Part shown: one piece after another, positions 1-8,239 of the stretch
Layout: every line of letters starts with the position of its first letter
How positions within the stretch are numbered: the first letter of the stretch is position 1
NCBI GenBank assembly: GCA_046759445.1
Contig: JBHICG010000090.1
Span: 1-12,259 of the forward strand
Direction of reading: 5' to 3'
Source: Candidatus Scalinduaceae bacterium
GTDB taxonomy: Bacteria; Planctomycetota; Brocadiia; Brocadiales; Scalinduaceae
DNA length: 12,259 bases
Position numbers and translations under genes: made by a program
The notes under the pieces: model-generated
Told to the model about the DNA's origin: nothing
Database searches by the model: none
What the model saw: the letters and a program-made list of their open reading frames with translations, nothing else

Positions 1-4
1 TCTT

Positions 5-63
5 TGAGACAGCTCATAACCGTCAAGCCACCCCTTTATGGGGTGCGTTATGACTCAGTCTCA
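5..63. repeat. Nested palindrome/hairpin, IS200/IS605-end-like; may act as terminator for 72..236
   Basis: TGAGAC(5-10)/GTCTCA(58-63), TCATAAC(14-20)/GTTATGA(47-53), CACCCC(29-34)-TTTAT-GGGGTG(40-45). Confidence 0.6.
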
Positions 64-71
64 GATTCTGC

Positions 72-236
72 CTAGGCTACATATTCCTCTTCCTCTACAG
101 ACTCAAACGGAATCTCTTCCTTCATATATTCTTGAACCCACGGCTCTTCTGTTTCTTCAAAAGCCGGACCTACTGTAGTAAAACCCATAATAGCTAAACC
201 AACTATTAACATATATATTAATTTTCTTATATTCAT
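72..236 (-). CDS. Small (54 aa) putative exported or membrane-anchored acidic protein
   Basis: Hand translation MNIRKLIYMLIVGLAIMGFTTVGPAFEETEEPWVQEYMKEEIPFESVEEEEYVA*. AGGAGGT RBS (244-250) lies 7 nt before the ATG; signal-peptide-like N-terminus; shorter than any ORF in the track. Confidence 0.7.
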   Translation of the reverse strand: MNIRKLIYMLIVGLAIMGFTTVGPAFEETEEPWVQEYMKEEIPFESVEEEEYVA

Positions 237-914
237 TTTTGTTACCTCCTAGCCTTTCATCGTTCTTAAATTACGGACTACAAAGTTTTACTGTATATAA
301 AATTTCACCGGTTTATTGATAACCTCTATTTTTAATATAGCAACAATTATGCTATCATTCTCATGAAAGGCACATGATATTTGCATCCATAAGCCTTTTG
401 TTTACTTAATAATAGAGTTTTAATAACAAAATACAATCAATCTTGGGCTGTAGAGAATAAAATTTTCTAAATTTTTAGAATTATTATGCCATTTTTAGAA
501 ATGTCACATGGTTAGAAATTCCATGATGCAGAGAAAGCTTATTATTATTGCTCGGCAGGTCAGTAATTAACCTACCGATTTGAAGGGTATTAGAAACGAA
601 AACAGATTGTAGAACATCCCTGGGATCGATAAAATTCTGGAATAACCAAAATTGTTTTTTGATGAAGGGGCTTTAAAATGTAAAAGCCAAATTTAGCTTA
701 TTGACCCTGGCTTACAGCATTAAACGGGTTATTAATATTATTGGAGTGCCAAAAATGCTAGAAGTCCTTGCTCAAGGGGTTTTCTACCTTTTGCTTTTTT
801 CCCTAACCTGATGTTTTTTTTCAGTATATATTTGAAAAAAAGTGAGATATCTGAAATAATAGGAATGTGAGACGAAGCTATATTTTAGTTTTCACACAGT
901 CTAATTAGATATAT

Positions 915-1160
915 ATGTCAGATTATTTCATTTGTCCAAATTGTGGAGCCGAAGTATCACTAAAGGCCCTGGCATGCCCGGAATGTGGGTCTGATGAAAA
1001 TACCGGCTGGTCTGAAGATACGATGTATGATTACGTGGACCTCCCTGATGCTGAAGAATCAAGTACACAAACATCAGCATCTCTATTTCAAAATAAATAC
1101 TTTCTATACATCGTGGCAATCATCACTTTTTTGGCCTTCTTATGGATTTACGTACTATAA
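915..1160 (+). CDS. Zinc-ribbon domain protein with C-terminal transmembrane helix
   Basis: CPNC...CPEC knuckles, acidic linker, hydrophobic C-terminus FLYIVAIITFLAFLWIYVL. Confidence 0.8.
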   Translation: MSDYFICPNCGAEVSLKALACPECGSDENTGWSEDTMYDYVDLPDAEESSTQTSASLFQNKYFLYIVAIITFLAFLWIYVL

Positions 1161-1264
1161 GTCAAAAGTAAGTCCGCACAGGTTGTCATTATATCTTTGT
1201 TTTATAGTGAAAGTCAAAATACGAAACAATTCATCTAAGCTGGCATTTGTGTCTAATCTAATTA

Positions 1265-2017
1265 TCAGCAGATGCTCACAGGTTTTCCAACAAATCCATT
1301 CTCTAATCTCTGGATAATGCCTTCTATAAAGTTTTTATCAAGCCACTTGCTCAGGTTCATGCGCTTGTATATTTTGAGAGTCTTTGAGGTATAGTTCATC
1401 CTATCAATAATAATACTGTCAACATAGGGGCTTATTTTCTCTGAGAGTGCTTCAGGATTCATAGGCAGTACCGGACCTATAAAGGCATAGGTATTTACAC
1501 TATTGTTATGGAGTTTTTTTATCGTATCAATTCTTGAGGTGATGGGTGGGGCTTTGGGTTCGAAAACTTTCCTTATCCCTTCATCATCTGTCGTAACAGT
1601 AACACCAACCTCTATGTCCTTAAATTTCTTTATCAGGTCTATATCCCTTAGAACAAGAGAGGATTTCGTGAGTATGTCTACAGAAAACTGGTAGCGTAAA
1701 AGAATTTCAAGACACTGCCTAGTAAGTTTATATTTCGCCTCGATTGGCTGGTAGGCGTCTGTTACTGAACTGATCATGACACGTCCCATTACCTTCCTTT
1801 TAAGCTGTCTTTCTAAAACTTCCGGTGTGTTTACCTTGACATCTACAAAGCTTCCCCATACCTCTGCATGACCGGTATATTTTTTCATGAATGTTGCATA
1901 GCAGTATTTACAGCCATGAGAGCAACCTACATAGGGATTAATACAGTAATCAACACCGGGAATTCCTGATCTGGTAAGGATAGATTTAGCCTTTATTTCT
2001 TTAATGATTATGTTCAT
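1265..2017 (-). CDS. Radical SAM protein, SplB/spore-photoproduct-lyase-like family (COG1533)
   Basis: INPYVGCSHGCKYCYA (CxxxCxxC), ISSVTDAYQPIEAKYKLTRQCLE, ILTKSSLVLRDIDL, FEPKAPP motifs. Confidence 0.88.
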   Translation of the reverse strand: MNIIIKEIKAKSILTRSGIPGVDYCINPYVGCSHGCKYCYATFMKKYTGHAEVWGSFVDVKVNTPEVLERQLKRKVMGRVMISSVTDAYQPIEAKYKLTRQCLEILLRYQFSVDILTKSSLVLRDIDLIKKFKDIEVGVTVTTDDEGIRKVFEPKAPPITSRIDTIKKLHNNSVNTYAFIGPVLPMNPEALSEKISPYVDSIIIDRMNYTSKTLKIYKRMNLSKWLDKNFIEGIIQRLENGFVGKPVSIC

Positions 2018-2057
2018 TACACTATTTCACTATTAGAAGGATATTGTTTTTACTCCA

Positions 2058-2744
2058 TTACTGGCCAATAGAAAAATTATTTAAAATCGAAATGACCTCA
2101 TCATCTTCGAGGTCATACCAGCTCTCATACGCATCAGCAACAGCAAAAACAACTCCGCTTCTCACATTGAGACAAATAAGCTCATTTACTTCTGGTAAAA
2201 TAAAGTCAAGCGTCTTTTTTGATCCCGTTGGAACTGCGACAACAACTTTTTGTGGCTCATACCTTTTTACAAAATCCACAGCAGAAAGCATTGTATAACC
2301 AGATGCCAGCCCATCGTCTACAATAATAACAACCCTGTCTTTTACGGAAGGAAATGGCAGCCCTTTCCTGAAAAAATCATTCCTCTTCTTGATTATATCT
2401 ATTGTCGTTTGAATCTGCCGCTTAACCTCTTTTTCTGAGAGATTAAGCATTCTGAGAAGATGTTCGTTTAATAATACCTTATTATCAGGTCCGATAGCGC
2501 CAAACCCGGCCTCAGGATTATGAGGTATCTGAATTTTTCTTACAATAATTAAGTCAAGGGAAAGTGAGAGGTCTTTTGCTATCTCGGCAGCCACGGGAAC
2601 TCCACCGGAAGGAATACCAAGTACTATACCGTCTGTACCTTTGTATCCCAGAAGCTTTTGTGCAAGAAGCGTCCCGGCTTCTTTCCTGTCTTTAAAGACA
2701 TAAAGTTTATCTCTTAGAGAACTGTCTTCAATGAGACTTTGCAT
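2058..2744 (-). CDS. Phosphoribosyltransferase family protein (COG1926-like)
   Basis: FKDRKEAG..LA, GIPSGGVPVA, VRKI..P.NPEAGFGA, PRPP-binding loop IIVDDGLASGYTM. Confidence 0.9.
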   Translation of the reverse strand: MQSLIEDSSLRDKLYVFKDRKEAGTLLAQKLLGYKGTDGIVLGIPSGGVPVAAEIAKDLSLSLDLIIVRKIQIPHNPEAGFGAIGPDNKVLLNEHLLRMLNLSEKEVKRQIQTTIDIIKKRNDFFRKGLPFPSVKDRVVIIVDDGLASGYTMLSAVDFVKRYEPQKVVVAVPTGSKKTLDFILPEVNELICLNVRSGVVFAVADAYESWYDLEDDEVISILNNFSIGQ

Positions 2745-3042
2745 ATTACTTTACACAGGTACTTCTGGCAGATGCGTTTCAAACAATCAAGAAATTATTA
2801 AGGACTTCGAGAGAGTGTTCAAAAAGTGTTTTTTTGACATGTTTTTACTAAAACAGGAAGTGAAATAATGAAGGCATACTTATACCTAATGTTCTTTTTT
2901 TTGATATCAATGTTTTTTTCGTATCTTTTGATCAGGTTCTTGACTATGTAAAAACTATAACATATACCGTTTTTCTCCAGTATTTTTTTGCACTCTTAAT
3001 CAGGTTTATTTAATTATCTTACCTTAAGAGTAGCAAGTTAAA

Positions 3043-3270
3043 TCAATGCCCCATCATTCCACAACAGCCTGTACCACATTTACCCGGTGCAGATGATGGA
3101 ATGCCACCTTCACTTGAAGATGAGTCAGAAGTTGAACCACTTGCAAATACTGAGAAAAGTTTATTTAATGACGTTCCTCCACAATTTGGACAAACCGCCT
3201 TTTCATTATTCCTTTGTAATATCTCAAAACTTTTATCGCATTTCTTACATTTATATTCATACAGCGGCAT
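3043..3270 (-). CDS. FmdB-family zinc-ribbon protein
   Basis: MPLYEYKCKKC..FEIL...CPNCG....KLFS signature with Ser/Gly-rich tail ending CGTGCC; AGGAG RBS upstream. Confidence 0.9.
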   Translation of the reverse strand: MPLYEYKCKKCDKSFEILQRNNEKAVCPNCGGTSLNKLFSVFASGSTSDSSSSEGGIPSSAPGKCGTGCCGMMGH

Positions 3271-3394
3271 ATTATCTTCTCCTATAAAAATTAGTCCTTA
3301 CAATTTTCTTTTCTTCATTATCATGTTAACAAAGTTATTATATTAGAAGTTGCTATTAAAGAATAGAAAAAAATTTGAGAAATCTATTTGCATT

Positions 3395-3415
3395 TCTCTA
3401 CTCTCTACTCTCTAC
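3395..3415 (+). repeat. Heptamer tandem repeat (TCTCTAC)x3
   Basis: Three exact copies read directly from the sequence. Confidence 0.85.
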
Positions 3416-3563
3416 TACTACACATGACAACAGCACAATGAATAGCATCTATAGGTGTTAAGGTACTATGCCTTTTCATCAAATCTCTTGCTTCCACAGT
3501 TTCAGTTTTTCTGATAGCAAACAGATGGGAAAAGAGAATTAAGATTTCTTTTCGTCGTGGAAT
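3405..3563 (-). pseudogene. PIN-domain (VapC-like) toxin fragment
   Basis: Frame bounded by stops, with no upstream start codon, reads ...VEARDLMKRHSTLTPIDAIHCAVVM..., matching the VapC 'A..L.....L...DAIH.A' segment. Confidence 0.5.
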
Positions 3564-3575
3564 CTATAATTTTTG

Positions 3576-4535
3576 CTATCTCCGGTTGTTTATATTGTGT
3601 TTGTTTTTTGCCCACCACTTCTGCCATTTTTCTGGGTCTCGGCCAAAATCTTTTCCCGTTATCTCATAAAGTGCATATGCGGATTTTACTCGGACAAGTA
3701 ACCTCTCATCCTTCAGTGCGGCAATCAACGGTTCTATTGCACGGGGATCCTTTATGCTGCCCAATAAAATAGCCGCTCCCCTTCGGGTTCCCTTATTTTC
3801 GTCTTTTAACGCAACAATCAGTGGTTCTACTGTATGAGGGTCTTTTATTTCCAGGAGCGCCTTTACGACACTCCTTCGTACATCTATGTCTTCATCTCTT
3901 AATGCATCAAGCAATGGTCCTGATGCATGGGGGTTTTTTAGCTTTCCGAGTTCACGTGATGCTACTACTCGGACAAACGGATGCTCGTCTTTTAGCGCAA
4001 CAATCAGCGTTTCTATTGCACGATGGTCATCTATGTTAGCAAGTGCCGCTATTACACTTGCTCGAATCAAATGTTCTTTGTCATTCAATGCTGCAATCAG
4101 TGGTTCTATCGCACGAGAGTCCATTATTTTACCCAGTGCCAGCGCTACCCTAACTCGTATCCTCCAATTTTCACTTTTTAGTGAAGATATTAAAGGTTCT
4201 ACTGCAGGCTCACCTATTTTTACCAGCACCTTTGTTGCTTCTTCATTAGTACTGGTTATTCCAACCCATCCCAGCCAAGTACGGTCATCTAAAACACTTA
4301 TTAGAAATGGTATTGCGGGTGCTGCTCGTGTACCCATTTGTCCTAATTGAACTACAGCGGATCTTCGCTTTAACGGATTCCAGGAATACACGCCTTCGAT
4401 TTTCACCCTTACATCCACGGGAATATCAGAGGGAATACTTTCTATTGGAATATTTGGTTGGTAACAGCCTGTTGACCCAATGCCAATAATACTGATTACT
4501 ACTGTAAGAGATAAAAATGTCTTAATCGTATTCAT
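3576..4535 (-). CDS. HEAT/PBS-lyase repeat lipoprotein
   Basis: Hydrophobic leader with lipobox-like STGC; about seven 31-aa repeats of type RAIEPLIAALKDE...VR..AA.ALG. Confidence 0.88.
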   Translation of the reverse strand: MNTIKTFLSLTVVISIIGIGSTGCYQPNIPIESIPSDIPVDVRVKIEGVYSWNPLKRRSAVVQLGQMGTRAAPAIPFLISVLDDRTWLGWVGITSTNEEATKVLVKIGEPAVEPLISSLKSENWRIRVRVALALGKIMDSRAIEPLIAALNDKEHLIRASVIAALANIDDHRAIETLIVALKDEHPFVRVVASRELGKLKNPHASGPLLDALRDEDIDVRRSVVKALLEIKDPHTVEPLIVALKDENKGTRRGAAILLGSIKDPRAIEPLIAALKDERLLVRVKSAYALYEITGKDFGRDPEKWQKWWAKNKHNINNRR

Positions 4536-4552
4536 TCTTCCTATTACTATGT

Positions 4553-5929
4553 CTAAAAGTAGAGGTCCCTTTTCCCTTGAACGAGGGATTCCATTTTGTT
4601 AGAGGTTATCTGTCTGATTTTTGAATCGGATATTTTGCCAATCTCAGAAGATAAGAAGGCCTTTATCTTTTTGGCCAGTTTGGGATTATAATCCAGAAGA
4701 TATTCCTCGAATGTGAGAAGGGCATTAGGGTGACAAAAATTCTTAATATCACCGGGTTTGGCAATGTCCATAAAATTCTCTCCGGTTCTCCCTGAACGAT
4801 AGCAGGAAGTGCAGAAGCTTGGAATGAAGCCCTTGGTGGCCAAATCTTCTATAATTTCCGAAAGGGAGCGGTCATCTGAAATACTGAATTGGCCCTGTGC
4901 TTTTTTATCACTACTGTAACTGCCGGGTACTGTCTTAGAACCGGCAGAAATCTGAGATATGCCAAGATGAAAGAGCTTATTTCTTAAAGTTGCATTCTCT
5001 CTTGTAGAAAGTATTATACCCGTGTACGGGACAGCAAGGCGGAGAACGGCAATTATTTTTTTAAGCTCCTTATCTGAAACCGGGCAGGGGGGATGTGAAG
5101 ATGTATTAGAACCTTCTGCAGGCTCAAGTCGTGGAACGGAAATAGTGTGCGGACCTACGCCAAACTTATCCTCAAGGTGCATAGTATGAAACAGCAATGC
5201 CAGTACCTCAAATTTGTAATCATACAGGCCAAACAGTACGCCTATACCCACATCATCTATACCAGCCCGTTGAGCAAGGTCACATGCATAAAGACGCTTT
5301 AAATAGTCAGACTTTGGACCTGAAGGATGTAATTTTTTATATGTGTCTATATGGTAAGTCTCCTGAAATAACTGGTAAGTTCCTATACCTGTATTCTTGA
5401 GTCTTCTAAAATCCTTTATTCCCATTGGCGCTACATTGACATTCACACGCCTTATGGAGCCGTTACCTTCCTTTGTATCGTAGACGGTTTTTATAGTCTC
5501 TTCTAAATAATCTATATTAACTGCAGGATCTTCTGCTGAGACAAGGAGCAGACGTTTGTGTCCCTGTGAGATAAGTGCCCTCGTTTCATCGCGTACGTCT
5601 TTTACTTTCAACAGGCGTTTTTTGGTATCAAAGGCCCCTTGCCTGAAACCGCAATAAATACAGTCGTTGACACATCTGTTTGATAAATATAAAGGTGCAA
5701 ATAATACCAGGCGGTTTCCGTAAATTAGCTCCTTGATTTGTTTGGCGGCAGCGAAGATATTATTCAATACAACATCATCCTCGCAGTTGAGGAGTACGGC
5801 AACCTCAGCGGGACTAAGACCTTTTAGATTTAAGGACTTTTTAATTATGTCCTTAGCATGATGGTTAGGAGTCTTTTTTTTGCGCTCTAAAAGATCAAAT
5901 ATTTTATCTTCGTTTATAAAGTTTTTCAT
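4553..5929 (-). CDS. hydG: [FeFe]-hydrogenase H-cluster radical SAM maturase HydG
   Basis: YGNRLVLFAPLYLSNRCVNDCIYCGF, YQLFQETYH, GVGPHTISVPR, C-terminal PSFCTSCYR...FCHPNA (CxxCx22C), ends GKRDLYF. Start placed at ATG 5929 because the track's TTG extension to 5998 is translated inverted repeat. Confidence 0.93.
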   Translation of the reverse strand: MKNFINEDKIFDLLERKKKTPNHHAKDIIKKSLNLKGLSPAEVAVLLNCEDDVVLNNIFAAAKQIKELIYGNRLVLFAPLYLSNRCVNDCIYCGFRQGAFDTKKRLLKVKDVRDETRALISQGHKRLLLVSAEDPAVNIDYLEETIKTVYDTKEGNGSIRRVNVNVAPMGIKDFRRLKNTGIGTYQLFQETYHIDTYKKLHPSGPKSDYLKRLYACDLAQRAGIDDVGIGVLFGLYDYKFEVLALLFHTMHLEDKFGVGPHTISVPRLEPAEGSNTSSHPPCPVSDKELKKIIAVLRLAVPYTGIILSTRENATLRNKLFHLGISQISAGSKTVPGSYSSDKKAQGQFSISDDRSLSEIIEDLATKGFIPSFCTSCYRSGRTGENFMDIAKPGDIKNFCHPNALLTFEEYLLDYNPKLAKKIKAFLSSEIGKISDSKIRQITSNKMESLVQGKRDLYF

Positions 5930-5940
5930 ATGCTTAATTT

Positions 5941-6453
5941 GAATAAGTCGGAAAAGAAAATAGTTCACCGCAAAGTCGCAAAGGGCACAAAGTTTCAAAT
6001 ATTATTGACTATTCTCTTAATTCCTTCTTTTAAAATTGGGACATTTTACGTACTTGTTTATTAGTACGCTTAATCAAAATTCCTAATTTTAAATCTGCAA
6101 GTCTTAAATATGTCAAAATTTGCGCTTCATGAATTGATTCCATCTTGTTAACAGACTTTAATTCCAAAATTACTTTGCCTTCAACTACTATATCCAGTTT
6201 ATATCCACAATCTAATGTTATTCCTTTATAAACCACAGCAAGAGGTTTTTGCCTCGTAAATACAATATCTCTAATTTCCAACTCCTTACAAAGACACTCT
6301 TCGTATGTTGATTCTAACAACCCTGGCCCAAGGTGCCGATGCACTTCAATTGCAGCACCTATGATTTCTTTTGACAACCTGTCTTCTTCCTTTATCACCT
6401 TAGGTTTCCTTTGCGTCCTTTGCGACTTTGCGGTGAATAGTCTCGAATAAGTC
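5941..6453. mobile_element. Putative GxxExxY cassette bounded by 29-bp inverted repeats and 9-bp direct repeats
   Basis: IRs 5964-5992 and 6409-6437 (27/29 identical, TTCACCGCAAAGTCGCAAAGG...); GAATAAGTC at 5941-5949 and 6445-6453. Confidence 0.6.
5995..6398 (-). pseudogene. GxxExxY protein (PD-(D/E)XK nuclease superfamily), frameshifted near the C-terminus
   Basis: IIGAAIEVHRHLGPGLLESTYEECL, LDIVVEGKVILELKSV, HEAQILTYL. The canonical tail NVPILKEGIKRIVNNI* lies in another frame at 6045-5995. Confidence 0.85.
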
Positions 6454-6458
6454 AGCGT

Positions 6459-7755
6459 CTAAATACCTAAATCAGTAGGAGCCCTACCAATACTTTTAAG
6501 TAATTTCAGTGCATCATCTATCTGATTTTCGATAGAAACATCTACCGTTGCCCTATGTGGGTAAATATCGTAAAGACTGACGTAGTCTTTGGGAGTAAGA
6601 TTCAGCATAATTGAATTTGATCCACCCATAAGGGCTTGTCGCCTTGCCTGTGGGTTTAGAGACTCAAGAGCCGTAGTCACAAGAATTTTCCCATAGGGGT
6701 CGATAAGTCTTAAAACAGAAAGTGCCTTGAGTACATATTCTGAGCCGGGTGCATTATAATTGGCAAGCGGTGTGTCCTGGTGTGGAATAAACGGACCAAA
6801 GGAGTACATATCACAACCAAGTTCTTTAGCAAACATAAAATCATCTATGACACTCTCTGCCTTCTGTCCGGGAAGACCTATTAAGCTGCCTGTGGCTATG
6901 AGATATCCGATATCCTTAAATAGCTCAAGGTATCTGATCCTTTCTTTCAGTGATGAATGAGGGTGTAACTTTGAATATAGATTATGATCGGATGTCTCAA
7001 ATCTGAACAGGACAGCCTTAGCACCTGCATCGTATGCACGTCTATAAAATCTTTCTTCCCTTTCTCCTATGCTCAGGAATATAAGAACGGGGAAGTTCTC
7101 CCTTATCTTTTTTATCAAATACAAAATCTCTTCTGATCTATAAGACGAGTCTTCACCCGATTGCAGGACGATTCCCTTAAATCCAAAACGTTTTACAGCA
7201 TCCTCAACTACGTCGAGAATATCCTCAGGTTTAAGTCGGAACCGTTTTGAGACTAGTGTTTGATGAACTTATGCCGCAGTATGCGCATGGGCTCTTGCAG
7301 ATGTTTGAAAACTCGATAATTCCGTGAACACAGCAGGCATTGCCCAAAAATTTCTGACGTATAAAATTGGCTGATTTGAATAGTACATCCACTTCATCCG
7401 GATCTTCACTTAGGAGTAACCTCAAAGCCTCCTCATGTGATATTGATTTGCCATACGTCGCTCTATCAATAATCCTTAGAAAGCCTTTATCCAGATTGGG
7501 TTTGTCATTATATAATCTGGAGAGTCGAGCGTCTGTTTCTTTTAGTTCAAAGAACAGTTCTTTCCATGTATCTAAGATTTCTTCGGCATCCTTTTCATCT
7601 ATCTTTTGAACTACAAATCCACCTTGTGCATAGACATAATCGCCCACCTGGAGATTGTAGAAGTCATTACGTGCCTTCCTCTCCTCACCAAAATAATCTA
7701 TTGTAACGTAATCTTCAGCAATACCCTTAACGTTTCCGGGAATAGCGTAACACAT
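6459..7755 (-). CDS. hydE: HypC/HupF-like domain fused to HydE-like radical SAM maturase; interrupted by a 1-nt frameshift at 7245-7248 (431 aa when repaired)
   Basis: N-terminal MCYAIPG...VGDYVYAQGGFVVQKIDEKDAEEIL (HypC-like); IIEFSNICKSPCAYCG; after the shift RFRLKPEDI...GIVLQSGED, RFETSD.NLYSKLHP, GLPGQ, GPFIPHQDTPL, GSNSIMLNLTP, YDIYP; adjacent to hydG. Confidence 0.82.
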
Positions 7756-7840
7756 ATCTTTATCCTAATCCTCATTTGTAAAAGAAGCCTAGAAACTTTT
7801 TGATAAAAAGTAGTTCTGTAAATTATAGATAAAGTGATTA

Positions 7841-8239
7841 CTACCTGTTTTGAATATACGATTCCGCCCATTCAACAACAGACTTTGCAAGATTTACAGC
7901 CCTTTGATATTCTTCTTCGTCTATAGCTTCTAGATCGCCTGGATATCGACTAATAACTGCATAATCAGTTAGGATTGCCGATTCTTGGACTTCCAGTGGT
8001 TGTTCAATTTCAGGGGGCAAAAGATCAAGGAGCATTCGTATACTGTGTGTTTTGGGGAAAGTGATTTCTTTAGCAATCAATAATGCTTTGACAGCTTTTT
8101 CTGCGGCTTGTTGAGCATGAAAGCATAGTGTTTCGAACAAAACATTTTGTGGTTTGGAAACGCAAGCAAGCTCTAAATCACTATTAGCATATTGCAACCA
8201 ACTTTCAGGGCTTCCGGAGTGGTTATTCTCAGGCAGCAT
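7841..8239 (-). CDS. HEPN domain protein
   Basis: WLQYANSDLE, CFHAQQAAEKAVKALL, FPKTHSI, SRYPG; overlaps the upstream MNT gene by 11 nt. Confidence 0.9.
   Translation of the reverse strand: MLPENNHSGSPESWLQYANSDLELACVSKPQNVLFETLCFHAQQAAEKAVKALLIAKEITFPKTHSIRMLLDLLPPEIEQPLEVQESAILTDYAVISRYPGDLEAIDEEEYQRAVNLAKSVVEWAESYIQNR

Noticed and set aside
338..385. Sigma54-like sites near the small ORF
   Set aside because: The minus-strand match has AG instead of GG at -24, and the plus-strand match has wrong GG-GC spacing.
2812..2996. Possible IS-end pair AGAGTGTTCAAAAA / TTTTTTGCACTCT
   Set aside because: Short, needs a 2-nt gap, AT-rich context and no target duplication seen.
3700..4210. ~93-nt periodic DNA repeats that could suggest a CRISPR array
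   Set aside because: They are the coding periodicity of 31-aa HEAT repeats.
5930..5998. N-terminal extension of HydG (MKLCALCDFAVNY...) with an apparent CxxC
   Set aside because: It is the translation of the left inverted repeat from a TTG; HydG similarity starts at ATG 5929.
6459..7330. Alternative call as BioB or PylB for the radical SAM domain
   Set aside because: LQSGED, GPFIPH.DTPL, NLTP and C-terminal YxxY motifs plus hydG adjacency favour HydE-like; no bio or pyl genes in the window. Phylogeny is still needed.
7795..7811. Palindrome ACTTTTT-GAT-AAAAAGT upstream of hypC-hydE
   Set aside because: AT-rich 7-bp arms are expected by chance and cannot be assigned as an operator.
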